NCBI GenBank assembly: GCA_044229975.1
Contig: JBGARZ010000002.1
Span: 224,001-288,000, forward strand
Reading direction: 5' to 3'
DNA from: Polyangiales bacterium
GTDB lineage: Bacteria; Myxococcota_A; Polyangia; Polyangiales; Ga0077539
DNA: 64,000 nucleotides
The notes under the pieces were generated by a model. That model had not been told where the DNA came from. It was given only the letters and a program-made list of their open reading frames with translations, and made no database searches. Shown piece by piece: positions 30,012 to 36,770 of the stretch. Made by a program: the position numbers and the translations under genes. Numbering within the stretch: position 1 is the first letter of the stretch; each line of letters starts with the position of its first letter.

Positions 30012-30794
30012 ATGGATGCTCAGGTGATCCTGGTGGATGTGAATCCGAAGATGGTGGCGGCGTGGCGGGAGGTCTTCGTCGACCACCCGGAGGTGCTGAT
30101 CGTCCATGGGTCGATGACCGACCAGGCGACGAGCGCGTGGGTCACGCCGACCAACAGCCGCGCGCAGATGGACGGCGGGCTTGATGGGGTGATCAAGAAG
30201 TTCCTGGGGCCGTCGATCCAGACGAAGGTGCAGTCGGAGGTGGCGAAGCGGTACCAGGGGACGATGCCGCTGGGTCACGCGACCTGTGTGGCGACGGGCG
30301 CGCCGAAGCCGCGGTGGCTCATCTCGACGCCGACCATGGTGGGCCGCTCGGACGACGTGTCCGATACGCTCAACGTGGCGCTCGCGTGCGCGGCGGCATT
30401 CCAGATGGTGCGGATGCAGAACGCGGCGGCGCCGGGGAGCATCGGCTCGGTGGCGCTGCCGGGCTTGGGCGCCAACACGGGCAAGGTGCCGGTGGAGATC
30501 TGCGCCGACCTGATGTGGACGGCCTACAACCTGGTCAGCAACCAGAACTTCACGGGCTTCCACGACATGCGCGTGGCGCTGGAGGCCGAGCTCGGAGCGC
30601 TCGGCAATGACGTGCAGGCCAAGCCGGTGACGAGCGCGCCCATGTACAAGGGCGGCGTCGTGCCGACCAAGGCCGCGGTGATGGCGGCGAAGGGTCCGAT
30701 GATTCCACCGAAGGGCCCGGTGATTCCGCCGAAGGTGGTGGGTGGCGTGGTGCCGAAGCCCAAGCCGCTGGCTGACTTCGACGACACCGAGTGA
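30012..30794 (+). CDS. Macrodomain protein (ADP-ribose binding/hydrolase)
   Basis: VHGSMT, WVTPTNSRAQMDGGLD, LISTPTM, VALPGLGANTG; GGAG RBS right after the PARP stop. Confidence 0.85.
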   Translation: MDAQVILVDVNPKMVAAWREVFVDHPEVLIVHGSMTDQATSAWVTPTNSRAQMDGGLDGVIKKFLGPSIQTKVQSEVAKRYQGTMPLGHATCVATGAPKPRWLISTPTMVGRSDDVSDTLNVALACAAAFQMVRMQNAAAPGSIGSVALPGLGANTGKVPVEICADLMWTAYNLVSNQNFTGFHDMRVALEAELGALGNDVQAKPVTSAPMYKGGVVPTKAAVMAAKGPMIPPKGPVIPPKVVGGVVPKPKPLADFDDTE

Positions 30795-30847
30795 CCCGGT
30801 AAGTTGCCCATGAAGCGCCACCCGAAGCAGCGTCCCGGAGCATCTCC

Positions 30848-33382
30848 ATGAGCGTTCGAGGGATCGTGATGCGAATGTTCCGCCCGACCGGGGCGGAGCG
30901 GTTGGTGGCCATCTCGGCGGAGTCGGTCGCGGGGTCACCCGGGCGGCTGACGCTGAAGGTTCAGCGGTTCTTCCGGCGGGGGAAGCTCACGGGAACGGAG
31001 GCGTATGGGCCCTTCCCCGAGGCGGAGCTGGAGCAGCGGCTCGCGGACCTCGCCGACGACCTCGCGTCGGAGGGGTACACGCGCGCCGGGGTGCGGGCGA
31101 TGATCGATCGCCTGCAGAGTCCGAGCGCCCGTCGTCGCGCGATGTCGGCCGCGCGGCTCGGGTGGATCGGCGATCGCGCCGCGGTCGATCCGCTGCTTGA
31201 TCGGGCGACGTTGGAGGGCACGGAGCTCACCAGCGTGGTCGAGGCGCTGGGTCGGCTGGGCGACCTGACGGCGGCGCCGCTGGCGCGTGCAGAGGCCGAG
31301 CGGAAGCTGTTGTCGCGGCGTCGGGCGGGCGCCGAGGCGCTGCGCGCGATGGGCGATGCGGTGGGTTTGGCGGAGGTGGTGCAGCGGGCCGTCGATCGGC
31401 TGCCGCAGGCGATGCGCGACGCGTGGAAGGCGACGGACGCGAGCGCCCACGAAGAGGACGCGCTCGTCGACCTGGAGACGGTGTTCGCCCACCTCGACGT
31501 GAAGGAGCAGTTTCTCGCGTTGGACTCGCTGTATGAGGTGGCGACGCCGCTGGCGCTGGCCTTCGTGCGGCGGGTGTTGTCGACGCACGCGGAGGTGCAC
31601 CGGCCGCATCGCTGGCGATACACCAAGAGCATCCTGCGACGCGCGACGATGCGTGACGATGCGGAGACCTTCGGGGTGATCATGCGGCGGGTGGAGCTGC
31701 TGAGTCGCAAGCCGGCGATGACCATGGCGGTGGTGAAGAGCGGGCTCGACGGTCAGAGTCGGCAGACGCGGGTGTTCAGCAAGCAGACCGAGCGGCACGT
31801 TCGCAAGGCGAGCTGGCGCTACCTCGAACGCCTCGGTCGCTATCGCCCCGCCCGCTACACCGAGGTCGCGGCGGGCTTCCTCGCGGCGCTGCGCCCGGAG
31901 GATCGCGAGCTGCCGAAGGGTGACGGCGACGAGTGGTCGCGGGTGTTTCTCTACAACCGCATCCTGCGGCGCTTCGATGCGCGGGTGAGGTTGAATCCGA
32001 AGACGCTGCGAAGCGCGGTGCCGGTGACCAAGGGGGCGAAGGGCGCGGCGATCAGCGACCAGCGGGTCGAGTCGTTTCCGGGGCTGTGGGACGCGTATCC
32101 GCGGCCGCTGCTCACGCTGCTGGCGAAGGCGCGCGCGACGGAGGTGCAGCAGTTTGCGCTGCTGGCGGTGAGACGGCGGCATCCCGATTTGTTGCGTGAG
32201 GCGACGGCGCAGGAGCTCGCCGACATGCTGACGGCGGCACACCCGGACGTGTTGGAGCTCGCGGTCAACGAGCTCGATCGGAGGTTCGATCCGGCGAAGC
32301 CCGACTGGGCTTTGCTCGAAGCGTTGATGGTCGACGATCGCGCGGTGATTCGTGAGCACGCGGTCGCGATGCTGGCGCGTTGCGCCGATCAGTGGACCTC
32401 GGACATCGAGCGGGTGATGCGCTACGTGGGCGCGTCGGACGCGGCGCTCCGATCGACGGCGGCGTCGGTGGTGCTGGCGGCGCTGCCCGCGGCGGACGCG
32501 TGGTTTCGTCGCGAGCTTGCCGAGCGGGTGCTGGCGAAGTTGCAGTCCGTGGAGCCGACGGAAGGAGCGCACGATGGCTACGCGCGCGTCGCGCGAGATG
32601 GGCTGTCCGAAGAGCTCAACGCCATCCTCGGGCTCGACGAGATTCTCGCGATGATCGACGGCGGGTCGATCGCGGCGAAGGTGGCGGGCGGGGCGCTGCT
32701 GGGGTCGCGGCCCGAGGCGGTGGAGACGCTCGGGACCGATCGCATCCTGGCGATGGCGATGAGCGACATCGCGGCGGTGCGGGCGTCGGCGCACGCGCTG
32801 CTCCACGGCGCGGTGGCGAAGCTGCGAGCTGATCCGTCGGTGCTCTTCGCGCTGACAGACTCGGAGTGGAAGGACACGCGGACCTTTGCGTTCGAGCTGC
32901 TGCGCGGGCCGGTGGACGTCGCGGCGCTGGGCCTCGATGGCATCGTGGGCCTGTGTGATTCCAATCGCGAAGACGTGCAGGGCTTCGGGCGCGAGATGGC
33001 GCTCAAGCACTTCGACGCGCTCGACACCGCGGAGCTGCTGCACCGGCTGGCGGAGCACCCGTCGGCGGTGATTCGTCGCTTCGCGGTCGACCTCGCGGTG
33101 GCGCACTTGAAGGACGGCTTCGTGGCGCTGTCGCGGCTGGAGGCGTTCTTCCGCAGGTCGTTGTTGGACGTGCGGCCTGACCGGCGCGAGAAGCGTCTGG
33201 TGGTGGACTTCCTGCGCGAGCGCGGACTGCGCGACGAGCGGCAGGCAGAGGTCGCGTCGCGGGTGCTGGGTGAGTTCGTGCGGACGCGGGGGAAGGCGGA
33301 CTTCGAGAGCGCGCTCGATGCGCTGGTGCGACTGAAGCTGCGCTACCCCGAGGTCGAGTCGGTGGTCGGAGGTCTCGCGTGA
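30848..33382 (+). CDS. HEAT/ARM-repeat protein with degenerate N-terminal WGR-like domain
   Basis: Repeated HEAT-like units (ARRRAMSAARLGWIG, VVEALGRLG, VRASAHALL, IRRFAVDLA); GGAG RBS; stop overlaps the next start (GTGA). Confidence 0.75.
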   Translation: MSVRGIVMRMFRPTGAERLVAISAESVAGSPGRLTLKVQRFFRRGKLTGTEAYGPFPEAELEQRLADLADDLASEGYTRAGVRAMIDRLQSPSARRRAMSAARLGWIGDRAAVDPLLDRATLEGTELTSVVEALGRLGDLTAAPLARAEAERKLLSRRRAGAEALRAMGDAVGLAEVVQRAVDRLPQAMRDAWKATDASAHEEDALVDLETVFAHLDVKEQFLALDSLYEVATPLALAFVRRVLSTHAEVHRPHRWRYTKSILRRATMRDDAETFGVIMRRVELLSRKPAMTMAVVKSGLDGQSRQTRVFSKQTERHVRKASWRYLERLGRYRPARYTEVAAGFLAALRPEDRELPKGDGDEWSRVFLYNRILRRFDARVRLNPKTLRSAVPVTKGAKGAAISDQRVESFPGLWDAYPRPLLTLLAKARATEVQQFALLAVRRRHPDLLREATAQELADMLTAAHPDVLELAVNELDRRFDPAKPDWALLEALMVDDRAVIREHAVAMLARCADQWTSDIERVMRYVGASDAALRSTAASVVLAALPAADAWFRRELAERVLAKLQSVEPTEGAHDGYARVARDGLSEELNAILGLDEILAMIDGGSIAAKVAGGALLGSRPEAVETLGTDRILAMAMSDIAAVRASAHALLHGAVAKLRADPSVLFALTDSEWKDTRTFAFELLRGPVDVAALGLDGIVGLCDSNREDVQGFGREMALKHFDALDTAELLHRLAEHPSAVIRRFAVDLAVAHLKDGFVALSRLEAFFRRSLLDVRPDRREKRLVVDFLRERGLRDERQAEVASRVLGEFVRTRGKADFESALDALVRLKLRYPEVESVVGGLA

Positions 33383-35067
33383 TCGTCGAGTTCAAGTACG
33401 CGGGCCAGAGCGGCATCGTGAGCGGGCTGCGCGACACGCGGGTGGGTCTCGCGACCAACAGCGTGCGCGACCCGGCGTTCTTCAAAGGAGTGATGCGCTC
33501 GCCGACGCTCTTCCGTGAAGGGATGGCGGCGCTCTATTCGGTGGTCGTCAGCGACTACAAGTTTCGCCCGCGCGACCGGCTGGCCTTCAAGGCGTGGCTC
33601 GACCAGCAGGACCAGAAGTTTCTCGCCAACCTGGGCAACCGCACCGAAGACGCCAGGCGACGCATCGCGGCGCTCGAAGCCCGGCGCGATGTGCTCGACC
33701 AGAAGCGCATCGACCGGCTCAAGCCCTTCTACCGGGCGCGCGCCGAGTACTTCGACTGGGTCTACACGCACCAGTACGAGCTGAAGTACCTGCTCGACCC
33801 GGTCATCACGGTGCACCCCGACGAGCTGTCCTTCGAGGCGTTTTCGAAGGACGAGAGCTCGTACGCGCGGGTGGGCGTGAAGTACGACCTCTTCGAGAAG
33901 ATCGACGAGTTCGCGTGCGGCACGACGAACATCGACTTCAGCGCGTCGCTGCACGGTGAGCTCGATCGGATGCGGAGCTATCGCCGTACGCGCTTCGACA
34001 TCGACCCGTCGGGCCTGGCGGTGGCGCGCGAGGGGAGCGCGTCGCACAAGGAGAAGAAGATCGACCTGCCTGAGAGCTGGGTGAAGGGATTTCTCCAGGT
34101 GCAGTCGGCGATGACGCTGGGGCTCACGCGGCTGCGCATCGAGCCGGTGGACCTCTACAACCTCTGCCGCTTTCTCAAGCGCCACAAGGCCAAGGAGTCG
34201 CCGCGGGCGATGCGGTGGGAGCTGGTCCCGGGCAAGCGCGCGCGGGTGGTGTTCGAGCCGTGGGAGGCCGCGGTGGAGATGGGCGCCAGCGCGGTGTACG
34301 ACGGCCCGAAACCGGTGAGCATCCGGACGTGGGGTCGCGATCGGTTGAGCACCCTCGCCCGCATCATCCCGATGGCTCAGCGCATCGACGTGTTTCTCGC
34401 CGGCACGGGGCTGCCGACGGTGTGGCTGGTCGACCTGGGTGAGATCACGTTCACGCTCGCGCTCTCGGGTTGGACCGACAACGACTGGACGGCGGGCACC
34501 GGGCGCTTCGATCTCCTGTCGCGCCGGATGGATGCGTCTCCGTTGGAGCTCGCTTCGACCTGGGATGCCCTCAAGGTGCAGCGGCGTGGCACGGACGTGG
34601 GGCTCTCACAAGCGACGGGCCTGGGGCTGGAGAAGACCCGCAGCGCCCTCTCGTATCTGTGTCAGGTGGGAAGGGCGATGTACGACCTGGGTGGCGGCGT
34701 CTATCGACAACGCGAGTTGTTCGCGGAGCCGTTTACCACCAAGGAGGCGGTGGCCGCGGCGGTGGCGCCTGCGCCGAGCGAGACCTCGCCCGCCGGGCAG
34801 AAGGCGCAGACCATCTTCAACGCGGGGGGCGTGCTCATCACGGCGCGGCGCCCGGTGTCCAATGGATACAAGCTGTCAGGTAGCGTGAAGGGGGTGGACG
34901 GTTATCGGTATCGCCCGATGCTGGGAGTGGACGCCGCGGGGAAGATCCTGGAGGCGACCTGTACTTGCGCCTGGTCGCAGAAGCATGGTCTAACGCAGGG
35001 GCCTTGTGAGCATGTGCTCGCGCTGCGCCTCGGCCACATGCACCGGCTCGAAGCCGAGGGCGCGTAG
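33379..35067 (+). CDS. SWIM zinc-finger domain protein
   Basis: C-terminal CTC-x12-CEH (CxC...CxH SWIM); DPVITVHPD, FEAFSKDESSY, DLPESWVKGFLQVQSA, LALSGW. Confidence 0.85.
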   Translation: MIVEFKYAGQSGIVSGLRDTRVGLATNSVRDPAFFKGVMRSPTLFREGMAALYSVVVSDYKFRPRDRLAFKAWLDQQDQKFLANLGNRTEDARRRIAALEARRDVLDQKRIDRLKPFYRARAEYFDWVYTHQYELKYLLDPVITVHPDELSFEAFSKDESSYARVGVKYDLFEKIDEFACGTTNIDFSASLHGELDRMRSYRRTRFDIDPSGLAVAREGSASHKEKKIDLPESWVKGFLQVQSAMTLGLTRLRIEPVDLYNLCRFLKRHKAKESPRAMRWELVPGKRARVVFEPWEAAVEMGASAVYDGPKPVSIRTWGRDRLSTLARIIPMAQRIDVFLAGTGLPTVWLVDLGEITFTLALSGWTDNDWTAGTGRFDLLSRRMDASPLELASTWDALKVQRRGTDVGLSQATGLGLEKTRSALSYLCQVGRAMYDLGGGVYRQRELFAEPFTTKEAVAAAVAPAPSETSPAGQKAQTIFNAGGVLITARRPVSNGYKLSGSVKGVDGYRYRPMLGVDAAGKILEATCTCAWSQKHGLTQGPCEHVLALRLGHMHRLEAEGA

Positions 35068-35069
35068 GA

Positions 35070-35362
35070 TGTCGAAGGAGGTGTTTCGAGAGGTCGATCG
35101 AGGACGGGGCGTGGTGAGTGCCTTAGCAATCTGTGCGGCGTTACGCCGCGCTTGTCGAAGTGCCCGCCATTCGTCACGAGCCCGTTCATCACACGCGTAC
35201 CCCGACGGTGCCCGGCGCCGTTCTGGTTGGGTGCCTCCGGCACCACGGCGCCATGGCACCATCGGGGTACGCTTTCAGTGGAACGGTCGCGTCCCAGGGA
35301 TGTTCGTAAGCCCACCGCGCCCCGTCCCCGATCGATCCTCGAAGCACCACTCTCTTCCGACA
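35070..35362 (+). ncRNA. Retron non-coding RNA (msr-msd)
   Basis: Terminal inverted repeat 35080-35116 / 35313-35348; CTTA 35122-35125 pairs with TAAG 35307-35310, leaving G35126 unpaired; msr hairpin 35133-35151; long msd hairpin 35195-35272; lies directly upstream of a retron-type RT. Confidence 0.85.
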
Positions 35363-35375
35363 ACGGAGGTCGCCC

Positions 35376-36761
35376 GTGGCCATTGACCACAAGGCCGCCC
35401 TCTACCGACGCCTCGTGCGCGAGGCGAGCGACGGCGCCGCGGTCGACCGTATGCGCGTCAACGGCTTCTGGCCGTGGGACCAAGGGATCCCCGCCGACCC
35501 GGCCGCCGAGCGGAAGGAGCGGGCCGAGATCGAGGGCGAGATCGCGAAGATCCAGGCCCAGTCGACCAAGGCCATCGACCCCGACAAGGCGCTGGCCCAG
35601 GAGCGCAAGCGGCGCTGGGAGGAGAGCAAGAAGCGCCGCGCGGCGAAGCGCCAGGAGCGCATGGCCAAGGCGAAGAAGCGCCGGGGCGACTTCCTCCTCT
35701 ATCGACAGCGCAACATCCTGCACCTCGGGATGGGCGTCAGCGCCGGGCTTCAGGACACCAATCCCGACACGCGTGAACTCGCGCGGCGCGGACTCCCCGT
35801 CGCCACGCAAGGCGCCGACCTCGCGATGATGATGGGGGTTCCGCTCGGCACGCTGCGCTGGTTGTGCTTCCACCGGAGGGGGGCGGCGCTGGTGCACTAC
35901 CACCGCTTCGGCATCCCCAAGAAGAGTGGCGGCATCCGCGCCATCTCGGCCCCGAAGCCTCGGCTCGCCAACGCGCAACGCTGGGTCTTTCAGAACATCC
36001 TCGAACGCCTCGACGTCGCACCGCCCGCGCATGGCTTCGTGCGGCACCGCTCCATCCTCACCAACGCGACCCCCCACGCAGGTCGCGCCGTGGTGATGAA
36101 CCTCGACCTCAAGGACTTCTTTCCTTCGGTGACGTTTCGTCGCGTGAAGGGGCTCTTCCGCAAGGTCGGATACAACGAGCACGTCGCGACCATCCTCGCG
36201 CTGCTCTGCACCGAACCGCCGCGGGCGAGGGTCGAGGTCGACGGTCGGGTGATCTACCTCGCGCTCGGCGACCGCGTGCTGCCGCAGGGTGCCTGCACCA
36301 GCCCGGCGATCACCAACGCCCTGTGCAAGCGGCTCGATGCGCGTCTGTCGGCGCTCGCGGCGCGACACGACTTCACGTACACGCGCTACGCCGATGACCT
36401 CACGTTCTCGGGAGAAGACGCCGCGCGCGTGGGTCGACTGCGACGCAGCGTGGTGAGCATCGTGACGTCGGAGGGCTTCACCGAAAACGCCGCCAAGACC
36501 CGCGTCATGCACAAGGGGTCGCGGCAGGAGGTGACCGGGCTCACCGTCAACGAGCGGCCGACGATGCCGCGCGACGAGTATCGGCAGCTCCGCGCGATGC
36601 TCCACAACGCGGCGAAGCTCGGCCTGGAGAGCCAGAACCGCGCACACCATCCGGCGTTTGCACAGTACCTCCAGGGACGCGTGGAGTTTGCGTGCTGGGC
36701 CGATCCGACGCGGGCGCCGAAGCTACGAGAGGCCCTCGCGGCTGCCCTCGCGCGAGGCTGA
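35376..36761 (+). CDS. Retron-type reverse transcriptase with charged N-terminal extension
   Basis: YADD at 36387-36398, NATPH (retron NAxxH), VTGL (retron region Y), DLKDFFPS, LPQGACTSP; GGAGGT RBS at 35365. Confidence 0.93.
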   Translation: MAIDHKAALYRRLVREASDGAAVDRMRVNGFWPWDQGIPADPAAERKERAEIEGEIAKIQAQSTKAIDPDKALAQERKRRWEESKKRRAAKRQERMAKAKKRRGDFLLYRQRNILHLGMGVSAGLQDTNPDTRELARRGLPVATQGADLAMMMGVPLGTLRWLCFHRRGAALVHYHRFGIPKKSGGIRAISAPKPRLANAQRWVFQNILERLDVAPPAHGFVRHRSILTNATPHAGRAVVMNLDLKDFFPSVTFRRVKGLFRKVGYNEHVATILALLCTEPPRARVEVDGRVIYLALGDRVLPQGACTSPAITNALCKRLDARLSALAARHDFTYTRYADDLTFSGEDAARVGRLRRSVVSIVTSEGFTENAAKTRVMHKGSRQEVTGLTVNERPTMPRDEYRQLRAMLHNAAKLGLESQNRAHHPAFAQYLQGRVEFACWADPTRAPKLREALAAALARG

Positions 36762-36770
36762 CGCCGCGCC

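Noticed and set aside
35006..35829. ORFs spanning the SWIM-RT intergenic region
   Set aside because: No protein-like composition; the region is better explained as the structured retron RNA
35376..36761. Group II intron, DGR or CRISPR-associated RT
   Set aside because: Has the retron-specific NAxxH and VTG motifs and an upstream msr-msd. No maturase/endonuclease domain, TR/VR pair or Cas1 was seen
28454..36770. Mobile element boundaries around the PARP-retron operon
   Set aside because: No integrase, transposase, terminal inverted repeats or direct repeats seen at either junction
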